Program-made: the position numbers and the translations under genes
DNA from: an uncultured Chloroflexia bacterium
Lineage (GTDB): Bacteria; Chloroflexota; Limnocylindria; Limnocylindrales; CSP1-4
DNA length: 64,000 nucleotides
Direction of reading: 5' to 3'
NCBI GenBank assembly: GCA_963841545.1
Contig: CAWJDE010000007.1
Location: forward strand, 27,764-91,763
The notes under the pieces: model-generated
Databases searched by the model: none
What the model saw: the letters and a program-made list of their open reading frames with translations, nothing else
Told to the model about the DNA's origin: nothing
In this document: positions 56,120 through 64,000 of the stretch, piece after piece
Numbering within the stretch: position 1 is the first letter of the stretch
How the letters are laid out: every line of letters begins with the position of its first letter

Positions 56120-57370
56120 TCAGGCCGGGCGCTCGAACCCCTGCGCCGGCCACGGCTCGCAGCGGAGCGGGCGGTCCGCGCGGTAGCCGAGCGCGTAGTC
56201 GGCCTGGATCAGGGTGTGCAGCTGGCTGGTCCCCTCGTAGATCACGGCCGCCTTCGCATTGCGCAGGTAGCGCTCGACCGGGAACTCGTTGGAGTAGCCG
56301 TTCGCGCCGTGGATCTGGATCGCGTCCAGCGCCGCCTGCACCGAGTGCTCCGTCGCGTGCCACTTGGCCAGCGAGGTCTCGCGCGTGTTGCGCAGGCCGC
56401 GGTTCTTGAGCGCCCCCGCCTGGAACACGAGCAGGCGCCCGATCTCGATGCCCTTCGCCATGTTGGCGATCATCTGCTTGACCAGCTGGTGGCGGCCGAT
56501 CTCCTCGCCGAACGTCTCGCGCTCGTGCGCGTACCTGACCGAGGCGTCCAGGCAGGCCTGGGCGAGCCCGACGGCGCCGGCGGCGACCGTGTAGCGACCC
56601 TGGTCGATCGCGCTCATCGCGATCAGGAAGCCCTCGCCCTCCTCGCCGATCCGGTGCTCGACCGGGACCCGCACGTCCTCGAGGTCGATCAGACCCGTGT
56701 TGCCCGCGCGGATGCCCATCTTGCCGTGGAGGGTGCCCGTGGTCAGGCCGGGCATCCCGCGCTCGAGCACGAAGGCCGTGACGCCGCGGTGCCGCTTCGC
56801 CCGGTCCACCGTCGCGAACACCAGGAACTGGTCGGCGAGATCGGCCAGGCTGATCCAGATCTTGTGGCCGTTGAGGACGTAGCTGTCGCCGTCGCGGCGT
56901 GCCGTCGTCGCGAGGTTGCCCGCGTCCGTGCCCACCCCGGGCTCGGTCAGCGCGAACGTCGCCAGCCGCTCGCCCTTCGCCTGCGGGACGAGCCATCGCC
57001 GCCGCTGCTCCTCGGTCCCCCATTGCAGCAGGGTCAGGCTGTTGAGCCCGACATGGACGCTCTGGACGACGCGGAACGAGGTGTCGGCACGTTCCAGCTC
57101 CTCGCACAGCAGGGCGAAGCTGATGTAGTCCATCCCGCCCCCGCCGTAGGCCTCCGGGATCGGCGCGCCGAGGAGGCCCTGCTCCCCCATCCGGTCGAAC
57201 AGCTCGCGATGGACCTCGCCGCGCTCGTCCCACTCGCGAATGTTGGGCAGGATCTCTGCCTCGGCGAACGCGCGCGCGGCGTCGCGAACGAGGCGCTGCT
57301 CGTCGTTCAGGGCGAAGTCGATCACGGCGCTTCCGGTGGCCTCGGGCTTGGGGGCGTGGTCGGAGGCCAT
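56120..57370 (-). CDS. acyl-CoA dehydrogenase
   Basis: ACAD N-terminal, middle and C-terminal domains, with a catalytic Glu near YEGTSQ. Confidence 0.9.
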   Translation of the reverse strand: MASDHAPKPEATGSAVIDFALNDEQRLVRDAARAFAEAEILPNIREWDERGEVHRELFDRMGEQGLLGAPIPEAYGGGGMDYISFALLCEELERADTSFRVVQSVHVGLNSLTLLQWGTEEQRRRWLVPQAKGERLATFALTEPGVGTDAGNLATTARRDGDSYVLNGHKIWISLADLADQFLVFATVDRAKRHRGVTAFVLERGMPGLTTGTLHGKMGIRAGNTGLIDLEDVRVPVEHRIGEEGEGFLIAMSAIDQGRYTVAAGAVGLAQACLDASVRYAHERETFGEEIGRHQLVKQMIANMAKGIEIGRLLVFQAGALKNRGLRNTRETSLAKWHATEHSVQAALDAIQIHGANGYSNEFPVERYLRNAKAAVIYEGTSQLHTLIQADYALGYRADRPLRCEPWPAQGFERPA

Positions 57371-57456
57371 CCTACCGCCGGCACGGCGTCGAGCCCGCCG
57401 CCAAGCTCGACGCGCCACCCTCCGGAGCACCGTCGGCGCTCCCTATACTCGGCGAC

Positions 57457-58761
57457 GTGGACACCTTCGACGCCGCTTCCGCACCGCTCGACCTGGCCGC
57501 CCTGGCGGAGCCCAACCTGTCGCCCGTGCTGGGCCGGTACATGGACCGCAGCTGGTCCCATGGCGTCGGGCACCGCCTGTTCGACACCGCCGGCCGCGAG
57601 TACCTCGACTTCGCCAACGGCATCGCCGTCACGGCGCTCGGTCATGCCCACCCGCGCGTCACGGCGGCGATCCATGCGCAGGTCGACCGCCTGATCGGAC
57701 CCGTCCACGCCATGGGCTTCGCGGAGTCGACCGTGACGCTCGGGCGGATGCTCGCCGGGACGTTCCCGGACCCCCTCGACACGGTGCTGTTCCTCAATTC
57801 GGGCTCGGAGGCCGTCGACGGCGCGATCAAGCTCGCGCGCCGCGTCACCGGGCGCCCGGGGATCGTCGCCTTTCGGGGGGCCTTCCACGGGCGGACGGTC
57901 GGTGCCACGAGCCTCACCAGCTCCAGCCTCAACTACCGGGTCGGGTACGAGCCGCTGCTGCCGGGGGTGTACTTCGCGCCCTTCCCTGCGGCCTACCCGG
58001 AGTTCGACGGCGATGAGGAGCGGGCCACGGCCGCGGCGCTCGGCGTCCTCAGGTCCCTGCTGACGACCATCGTGGCACCGTCCGACGTCGCGGCCGTGTT
58101 CATCGAGCCGGTCCAGGGCGAGGGCGGCTACTACCCGGCGCCCGCCGGCTTCCTGCGCGAGCTCCGCGCGCTGTGCGACGAGCACGGGATCCTGCTCGTC
58201 GCCGACGAGGTCCAGTCGGGCTACGGGCGGACCGGCGAGATGTGGGCGTTCGAGCACGCCGGGATCGTCCCCGACGTGGTGTGCGTGGCCAAGGCGATCG
58301 CGAACGGCCTGCCGCTGTCGGCGGTCGTCACCCGGCGCGAGCTCCAGGAACGGTGGGGCCGGGGCGCCCACGGCACGACGTACGGTGGCAATCCGGTCGC
58401 CTGCGCGGCCGGGATCGCCGTGCTGGAGACGATCCGGGACGAGCACCTGGTCACGAACGCGCGGGCACGTGGCGCCGAGCTGTCCGGTGGGCTGCGGGAG
58501 CTGATGGCCGACCACCCGGCCATCGGCGACGTCCGTGGACCGGGGCTCATGATCGGCGTGGAGTTCGTCACCGACCGCTCGACGCGCAAGCCCGACGGGG
58601 CGACGGCGGAAGCGGTGGCCGCGCGAGCGGCGGACGCGGGCCTGCTGCTGCTCCTGTGCGGGATCGACCACCAGGTGATCCGCTGGATCCCACCCCTGGA
58701 CGTGACCGTGTCCGAGGTGGAGGAGGCGCTCGGCCTGTTCGAGAATGCCCTCAGGGGCTGA
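57457..58761 (+). CDS. class III (omega-type) aminotransferase, GABA-aminotransferase family
   Basis: A PLP Lys in DVVCVAKAIANG and a GSEAVDGAIKLAR motif. Confidence 0.9.
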   Translation: MDTFDAASAPLDLAALAEPNLSPVLGRYMDRSWSHGVGHRLFDTAGREYLDFANGIAVTALGHAHPRVTAAIHAQVDRLIGPVHAMGFAESTVTLGRMLAGTFPDPLDTVLFLNSGSEAVDGAIKLARRVTGRPGIVAFRGAFHGRTVGATSLTSSSLNYRVGYEPLLPGVYFAPFPAAYPEFDGDEERATAAALGVLRSLLTTIVAPSDVAAVFIEPVQGEGGYYPAPAGFLRELRALCDEHGILLVADEVQSGYGRTGEMWAFEHAGIVPDVVCVAKAIANGLPLSAVVTRRELQERWGRGAHGTTYGGNPVACAAGIAVLETIRDEHLVTNARARGAELSGGLRELMADHPAIGDVRGPGLMIGVEFVTDRSTRKPDGATAEAVAARAADAGLLLLLCGIDHQVIRWIPPLDVTVSEVEEALGLFENALRG

Positions 58762-58770
58762 GCGCCATCC

Positions 58771-58795
58771 GGCCGGCAGGTGCCGGCCGGGCTCG
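58771..58795 (+). terminator. possible GC-rich hairpin between convergent genes
   Basis: A palindromic ccggccgg-caggtg-ccggccgg just after the aminotransferase stop. There is no U-tract. Confidence 0.3.
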
Positions 58796-58803
58796 CGACC
58801 GGT

Positions 58804-58998
58804 CTAGCGGTTGCGGGCCAGGAACTGCATCACGTCCTCGAGCCGAAAGCGCCGGTCCCCACGCTTGCACACCCGGTAGTACGGGAGCTCGCCGCGATCG
58901 CCGAGACGCTTCACGGTGTTCACGTGGAGGTGCAGCATCTCGGCCACCTCGCTCGCGGTGAGCATGGGTCCGAGCTCAGTGATTGCCATCGACGCCAT
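58804..58998 (-). CDS. small helix-turn-helix DNA-binding protein (excisionase/MerR-like HTH_17 family)
   Basis: I chose the start MASMAITELGPMLTASEVAEMLHLHVNTVKRL. It is about 64 aa. Confidence 0.55.
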   Translation of the reverse strand: MASMAITELGPMLTASEVAEMLHLHVNTVKRLGDRGELPYYRVCKRGDRRFRLEDVMQFLARNR

Positions 58999-59419
58999 CT
59001 GCAGATCGCCTCTTCGTGCCTGGAGCCGGGCGGGATTCCGTGGAGGGCACTGCGGTGCGGTCCGGCTCGTTGCTGGGAGGAGCATCCGGGTCGGAGGCGG
59101 TTTAGCCAAGCCGTACTCTCGGTTGGCCGGTGGTACCAGCCGTCACGCGGGAGTGCGCCGATGGGCTCGACGGCGGTCCGCAAGCTGCCGGAACCGGGTC
59201 CCCGGCCGCACGGATCGGGTGCCGGCAGGCCTGATCGGGGGCCGGCGTCGCGGAGCCACGCGTGGGGGCACAGCCAAGCGTCGTTCCCGCGATCGCCGGC
59301 CCCCGGGCATCGTCTCGTCACCGAAACCGGTGGCTCCTCGATGCGGTCATTGTGCGACGCCGTGCGCGCCCTGTACAGAGCTCGCGGGGTGGATCGAGGG
59401 GACCCCGGAGGGCAGGATG

Positions 59420-59480
59420 ACGGGCCTGCGGGCCAGGCCTGCGGGACGGGCCTGCGGGACGGGCCTGCGGGCCAGGCCAC
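59420..59480. repeat. 13-14-nt tandem repeat (gggcctgcggga/cc), about 4.5 copies, intergenic
   Basis: Direct repeats upstream of the HTH gene and downstream of hypA. Confidence 0.7.
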
Positions 59481-59525
59481 CGGGTCGCCGGGCCCGGTCG
59501 ACGGGCGTCCTGGCTGTGGGTGATC

Positions 59526-59870
59526 TCAGCCCCGCGCGCGCACCTCGACGAGCTCGAGCTCGGCGGTCCGCGGGAGGTCCGAGAGGGTGCTGCACGACGG
59601 GCAGATCGCCATCGTCGGTCCGACCACGTCGTCGTGGCCCAGCGCCCCGTCGAAGCCGCAGTCGCAGCGCAGCCGGATGTCGAACGGCTCGGTTTCCAGG
59701 GTGGATCCCGCGAGCGGGCCCGTGACCGTCAGCATCTCGAACGCCTGGCGCAGCACGGGCTCGGGGATCGTCGTCGCGTGGCGCACCCGGATCGCGGCCA
59801 CCGGCCGCCCCGCAGCGTGCTCCCCGGCCGCCTCGACCAGCCGCTCCACGAGCGACACCTCATGCATCGG
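59526..59870 (-). CDS. hypA: hydrogenase nickel-incorporation / maturation factor HypA
   Basis: I chose the start MHEVSLVERLVEA. The protein is about 114 aa with an N-terminal His2 and a Zn site (CDCG...CPSCS). Confidence 0.8.
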   Translation of the reverse strand, partial: PMHEVSLVERLVEAAGEHAAGRPVAAIRVRHATTIPEPVLRQAFEMLTVTGPLAGSTLETEPFDIRLRCDCGFDGALGHDDVVGPTMAICPSCSTLSDLPRTAELELVEVRARG

Positions 59871-60420
59871 GCGCCACCTCGTCGCCGGGCGCGGCCCGGC
59901 GGGCCACGGCCGGAGCTCGCTCGCCGGCCGCCGGCACGCGGCCGTGCGCCTCGACCAGCGCCGCCACCACATCGACCGCCCGAGGCACCACGGCCTCCGC
60001 CACCGGCGACAGCCCGTCCCCGAGCTCGAGCGATGCGGCCCCGATGCTCACGACCACCACCTGGGGCGAGCGACCCCACAGCTCGCGGGTCAGCGCGATC
60101 AGGCCTTCAGGCCCGATGTGATGGGTCCAAGCCGACGCGGACCGCAGGCTCGCGTCGAGCGTCCGGACGCGGACCTCGCCCGGCTCGACGTCGACGGCGG
60201 CATCGACCAGGACGACGAGCGACGCTCCGCTTGCATCGATCGCCAGCTCGGGCGTCAGCTGGTGCTCGGCGCGGACGTCGACGCCCGCGAGCCGCGGGTC
60301 CCGGGCGAGGCGCCGCGCGACCGCCCAGCCGACGCCGTCGTCGGTGCACAGCGAGTTGCCGTACCCGACGACCAGGACGCCGCCCGGTCGCGCCTCCACC
60401 CCGGCCGGCGGGTCGATCAT
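59860..60420 (-). CDS. hoxW: hydrogenase maturation endopeptidase (HoxW/HycI-like)
   Basis: The internal start MIDPPAGVEARPGGVLVVGYGNSLCTDDGVG overlaps the hoxH stop by ATGA. Confidence 0.75.
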   Translation of the reverse strand: MIDPPAGVEARPGGVLVVGYGNSLCTDDGVGWAVARRLARDPRLAGVDVRAEHQLTPELAIDASGASLVVLVDAAVDVEPGEVRVRTLDASLRSASAWTHHIGPEGLIALTRELWGRSPQVVVVSIGAASLELGDGLSPVAEAVVPRAVDVVAALVEAHGRVPAAGERAPAVARRAAPGDEVAPDA

Positions 60421-61838
60421 CGGACGAGCGTGTCCAGGACCGCGCCGCCGGGTGCCAGCAGCTCGATCCGGAGCGCCATCTGGCCCAGCGCATGGGTCGA
60501 GCACGACAGGCACGGGTCGTAGCACCGGATCACGGCCTCGACGCGGTTGAGCATCGACTCCTCGAGCCGGTCGGCCTTGACGTTGTGGCGCGCGACCTGG
60601 AGCACCGCGCGGTTCATCGCCATGTTGTTGTGCCCGGTGGCGATCACCAGGTTGACCCACTGGACGATCCCGTCGTCGTCGACCCGGTAGTGGTGCATCA
60701 GCGTGCCCCGCGGAGCCTCGGACACACCGATCCCCTCGTTGCGGTTGATGCCGGCCTCGGACCGGACGTGCCTGGACAGGATGTCCGGGCCGCGCAGCAG
60801 CTGGTCCACCTTCTCGATCGCGTGCAGGGTGTCGATCAGCCGGGCGTAGTGGTAGTGGAACGACGAGCCGGCCACGCGGCCCACCCGCCAGCGGAACTTC
60901 TCGAGCTCCTCGTCCGCGCGCGGGGTGCCGGTCCGCTCGGCCACGTTGAGCCGGGCCAGCGGCCCCACCCGGTAGATGCCGTCGGGGTAGCCCATCGGCT
61001 TCCAGTAGGTCGACTTGAGGTACGACCAGGGCTCCACGGCCTCGCCGATGTAGTCGTTGAACAGCTTGGGGTCGATCTTGTCCCCCAGGTGCTGCCCATC
61101 GGCGTCCACGACGCGGATCCAGCCGCCGTAGTGGTCGACGTTCCCCTGGCGATCGACGAGGCCCATGAACGCGGACCGGAAGTTGCCGAAGGTGGCGGCT
61201 TCCTCCTCCCAGCGCAGCATGTCGGTCTTGTACCAGGCGATCGCCCGCTCGACCGCCGCGATCGCGCCGGGCACGCCCGCCAGGATCCGGTCGCGGATCT
61301 CGGCCGTCAGCTGGAACGCCACGCCGCCGGGGACGATCCCCTCGGGATGGATGCGCTTGCCGCCCAGCCACTCGATGATCTGCTGGCCCCACTTGCGGAG
61401 CTCGATGCCGTCCCGGGCGAGCTGCGGGTTCTGCCGGGCGACGCCCAGGATGTTGCGCACCGCCGGATCGGCGTCGAACCCGAACAGCAGGTCGGGCGAG
61501 GAGAGGTGGAAGAACGAGAGCGCGTTCGACTGCACGATCTGGCCGAGGTTGATGATCCGGCGCAGGTCGGCGCCCGTGGGCGTCGGCTCCACGGCCATGA
61601 TGTCGTCCACGGCCTTGGCCGAGGCCACCAGGTGGCTGACCGGGCAGATCCCGCAGATGCGGGCCATGAGGGCCGGCATCTCGTGGACGGGGCGGCCCTG
61701 GGTGATCCGCTCGAAGCCGCGGAACTGGGTGACGTGGAAGCGCGCGTCGACGACCTCGCCGCGGTCGTCGAGCTGGATCGTGATCTTGGAATGGCCTTCG
61801 ATCCGGGTGATCGGGTCGATGACGATCGTCTGGCTCAT
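60417..61838 (-). CDS. hoxH: NAD-coupled bidirectional [NiFe]-hydrogenase large subunit (group 3, HoxH-type)
   Basis: The start is MSQTIVIDPITRIEGH, the N-terminal motif is RICGICP and the C-terminal motif is DPCLSCSTH. It is about 473 aa, the size typical of group 3. Confidence 0.9.
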   Translation of the reverse strand: MSQTIVIDPITRIEGHSKITIQLDDRGEVVDARFHVTQFRGFERITQGRPVHEMPALMARICGICPVSHLVASAKAVDDIMAVEPTPTGADLRRIINLGQIVQSNALSFFHLSSPDLLFGFDADPAVRNILGVARQNPQLARDGIELRKWGQQIIEWLGGKRIHPEGIVPGGVAFQLTAEIRDRILAGVPGAIAAVERAIAWYKTDMLRWEEEAATFGNFRSAFMGLVDRQGNVDHYGGWIRVVDADGQHLGDKIDPKLFNDYIGEAVEPWSYLKSTYWKPMGYPDGIYRVGPLARLNVAERTGTPRADEELEKFRWRVGRVAGSSFHYHYARLIDTLHAIEKVDQLLRGPDILSRHVRSEAGINRNEGIGVSEAPRGTLMHHYRVDDDGIVQWVNLVIATGHNNMAMNRAVLQVARHNVKADRLEESMLNRVEAVIRCYDPCLSCSTHALGQMALRIELLAPGGAVLDTLVR

Positions 61839-61852
61839 GGCGGCACCTTCTG

Positions 61853-62425
61853 TCAGCGTCCGAACCGGGCGCCGGTCGTCCGGGGGACGCGGCCGGACAG
61901 CAGGTCGTCGAGCAGGGTGTAGATGAGGTCCGCGTGCGGCGGACAGCCGGGCAGGAACACGTCCACGGGCACCACCCTGTGGACGGGCCGCGCGGTCGGA
62001 AGCAACGCCGGCACCAGCTGGTCGGGCGTCCCCGGGTTGAGCGTGACGTTCTCGCGGTAGGCCCGGTCGAGGAGCGGCGCGACCCCGATCGGATTGCGCA
62101 TCCCGGGCACGTTCGAGGTCACCGCGCAGTCGCCGAACGCCACGATGGTCTTCGTCCGCTCGCGGACCAGGCGGATCCTGTGGAGGTCGTCCTCGCTGGA
62201 CACGGCGCCCTCGACCAGGCACACGTCGACGTTCTCGGGGTACTCCTTGACGTCGACCAGCGGGCTGTACACGAGGTCCGCGCGCTCGAAGATGTCGAGC
62301 AGCCGCTCGTCGAGGTCGAGGAGCGACATGTGGCAGCCGGAGCAGCCGTCCAGCCAGACGGTGGCGACCCGCGGCCTGGCCGCTGCCCGGGCTCCGTCGT
62401 CGGTCGTGGCGTCGGGATCGCTCAC
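61853..62425 (-). CDS. hoxY: bidirectional hydrogenase small subunit (HoxY)
   Basis: A GTG start preceded by GGAGGAG, a proximal-cluster motif LDGCSGCHMS, and GDCA...GCPP. It overlaps the hoxU stop by GTGA. Confidence 0.85.
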   Translation of the reverse strand: MSDPDATTDDGARAAARPRVATVWLDGCSGCHMSLLDLDERLLDIFERADLVYSPLVDVKEYPENVDVCLVEGAVSSEDDLHRIRLVRERTKTIVAFGDCAVTSNVPGMRNPIGVAPLLDRAYRENVTLNPGTPDQLVPALLPTARPVHRVVPVDVFLPGCPPHADLIYTLLDDLLSGRVPRTTGARFGR

Positions 62426-63138
62426 AGCCCACGCTCCTCCTGGACCGTCCGCAGCCAGGGCAGGAACGGACGCCGGTCCTTGCTGCCGGCCGCCACCGGG
62501 CGGCCCTTCTCGAACAACGCGCCGGTCGGGCACACCTGGACGCACTTGCCGCAGCTGGTGCACGTCGGCGACTCGCCCCAGGGGATGCCCATGTCGGTCT
62601 GGACACGGGTCTCGAGGCCGCGGTGCATGACGTCCCAGGTGTGGGCGCCCTCGATCTCGTCGCAGACGCGCACGCAGCGGAGGCACAGGATGCACCGGTT
62701 GTGGTCGATCGCGTACAGCTTGTGGCTGGCGTCGATGCCCACCGCGGGGTTGATCCGCGGCAGGTCGAAGTGGGTGATGCCCAGATCGGCCGCCAGGTCC
62801 TGGAGCTCGCAATGGTTGTTGGCCACGCACACGGCGCACACGTGGTTGCGCTCGAGGAAGATCATCTCGGTCACGCTGCGCCGGTACTCGGCGAGGGCGT
62901 CGGAGTGGGCGGTCACCTGCATGCCCTCGGCGATCTGCGTGACGCAGGCGGCCGCGAGCTTGGGCGAGCCCGTGATCTCGACCACGCACAGGCGGCAGGC
63001 GCCCCGGTCGTGGATCCCCGGCAGGTGGCACAGGCCGGGGATGTCGATCCCGTTCTCCTCGGCCACCTCCATGATGGTCTGCCCCTCGGAGCCGGCGACG
63101 TCCTTGCCGTCGATCGTCAGGGTGTGGACGGTGGTCAT
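62422..63138 (-). CDS. hoxU: diaphorase FeS subunit HoxU (NuoG N-terminal-like, 2Fe-2S + 4Fe-4S)
   Basis: I chose the start [14 protein letters not shown]. The Cys clusters are [28 protein letters not shown] and [11 protein letters not shown]...[12 protein letters not shown]. Confidence 0.85.
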   Translation of the reverse strand: MTTVHTLTIDGKDVAGSEGQTIMEVAEENGIDIPGLCHLPGIHDRGACRLCVVEITGSPKLAAACVTQIAEGMQVTAHSDALAEYRRSVTEMIFLERNHVCAVCVANNHCELQDLAADLGITHFDLPRINPAVGIDASHKLYAIDHNRCILCLRCVRVCDEIEGAHTWDVMHRGLETRVQTDMGIPWGESPTCTSCGKCVQVCPTGALFEKGRPVAAGSKDRRPFLPWLRTVQEERGL

Positions 63139-64000
63139 GCCATCACCTCCACCGGCTCGATGACGCAGACGCCGGCGGGGCACACCCGGTCCTCGATATG
63201 GGCCAGGTACTCGTCACGGAAGTAGCGCAGCGTGCTGAAGATCGGGTTGGGCGCGCCCTGGCCGAGACCGCACAGCGACATCCGCTGGACGACCCCCGCC
63301 AGGCCTTCGAGCTGGGCAAGGTCCGCGAGCGTCGCCCGGCCGCGGGTGATCAGGTCGAGGAGCATCCACATCTGGGTCGTGCCCACCCGGCACGGCACGC
63401 ACTTGCCGCACGACTCCTCGCGGCAGAAGTCCATGAAGTACTTGGCGACGTCGACCATGCACGAGGTGTCGTCCATGACGATCATGCCGCCCGATCCCAT
63501 GAACGAGCCGAGCTCGATCAGCGCCTCGTACGTGACCGGGGTGTCCAGGTGCTCGGCGGGGATGCAGCCGCCCGACGGACCACCGGTCTGGACCGCCTTG
63601 AACGGCCGCCCATCGATGATCCCACCGCCGATGTCGAAGATGATCTCGCGCAGGGTCGTGCCCATCGGCACCTCGACCAGGCCGGTGTTGACGACGCGGC
63701 CGGCCAGCGCGAACACCTTGGTCCCGCGACTCCTGCCCTCGGCGATCGCGGTGTACCAGTCGGCGCCCTTGCGCAGGATGGTCGGAACGCTGGCGAAGGT
63801 CTCGACGTTGTTGATCAGGGTCGGGCAGTCGAACAGGCCCTGGACCGCCGGGTACGGCGGGCGCGGGCGGGGCGTTCCCCGCTTGCCCTCGACCGACGCG
63901 ATCAGCGCCGTCTCCTCGCCGCACACGAAGGCGCCGGCGCCGAGCCGCACCTGGACGTCGAAGCTGAACGAGGTGTCGGCGATCCCTGCGCCCAGCCAGC
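63135..64000 (-). CDS. hoxF: diaphorase flavoprotein subunit HoxF (NuoF-like), C-terminal part only; 5' end lies beyond the window
   Basis: NuoF motifs are present: [22 protein letters not shown], and a 4Fe-4[11 protein letters not shown]. The reading frame is open to the window edge. Confidence 0.85.
   Translation of the reverse strand, partial: WLGAGIADTSFSFDVQVRLGAGAFVCGEETALIASVEGKRGTPRPRPPYPAVQGLFDCPTLINNVETFASVPTILRKGADWYTAIAEGRSRGTKVFALAGRVVNTGLVEVPMGTTLREIIFDIGGGIIDGRPFKAVQTGGPSGGCIPAEHLDTPVTYEALIELGSFMGSGGMIVMDDTSCMVDVAKYFMDFCREESCGKCVPCRVGTTQMWMLLDLITRGRATLADLAQLEGLAGVVQRMSLCGLGQGAPNPIFSTLRYFRDEYLAHIEDRVCPAGVCVIEPVEVMA

Noticed and set aside
53898-57233. 1111-aa single ORF
   Set aside because: Only the C-terminal 707 codons, from a GTG at about 56021, correspond to the GMC oxidoreductase. 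The upstream part runs through an intergenic gap and the 3' end of the acyl-CoA dehydrogenase gene in another frame.

Overview
This is a 64 kb, very GC-rich (about 70%+) bacterial chromosomal segment, probably from a high-GC Actinomycetota-like organism. It is densely coded, mostly on the minus strand, with no rRNA, CRISPR array or recognisable mobile element. Many long ORFs in the six-frame track are antisense or frame-shifted artefacts of the GC content.

Content I can support, in order along the window:
- a truncated carA;
- an OmpR/HK two-component system next to a MacAB/HlyD-type ABC efflux module;
- a membrane HtrA-like protease;
- a three-gene ferric-reductase-like / FMN-binding / ApbE module;
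- a GT39 glycosyltransferase;
- a group-1 membrane-bound [NiFe]-hydrogenase operon (small subunit, large subunit, cytochrome b, maturation protease) that ends in a translationally coupled, membrane-anchored heptaheme c-type cytochrome;
- a secreted S8 peptidase;
- tRNA-Lys(CUU);
- an acyl-CoA block (aldehyde dehydrogenase, thiolase, 3-hydroxybutyryl-CoA dehydrogenase, MeaB-like GTPase, B12-binding mutase small subunit), with the matching mutase large subunit encoded about 7 kb away;
- folE, ArsR, thioredoxin, a MerB-like lyase, a J-domain protein, hydrolases and a nitroreductase;
- a fused EtfB-EtfA next to ETF-QO;
- a DUF4032-like protein, two GNAT genes and a methyltransferase;
- an ECF sigma factor overlapping an MGMT/Ada-Zn fusion protein;
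- a GMC oxidoreductase, an acyl-CoA dehydrogenase and an aminotransferase;
- a second, soluble NAD-coupled Hox-type [NiFe]-hydrogenase (hoxF partial, hoxU, hoxY, hoxH, hoxW) followed by hypA.

The most unusual signals are the hydrogenase / multiheme cytochrome c coupling, the ferric-reductase/FMN-binding/ApbE trans-membrane flavin module, and a genome-wide habit of short tandem repeat arrays, both in intergenic regions and in frame at the C-termini of several proteins.

One caveat on coordinates: a few codon-level checks of the sequence against the ORF track disagreed by 1 nt, so exact starts and ends here may be off by 1-3 nt.
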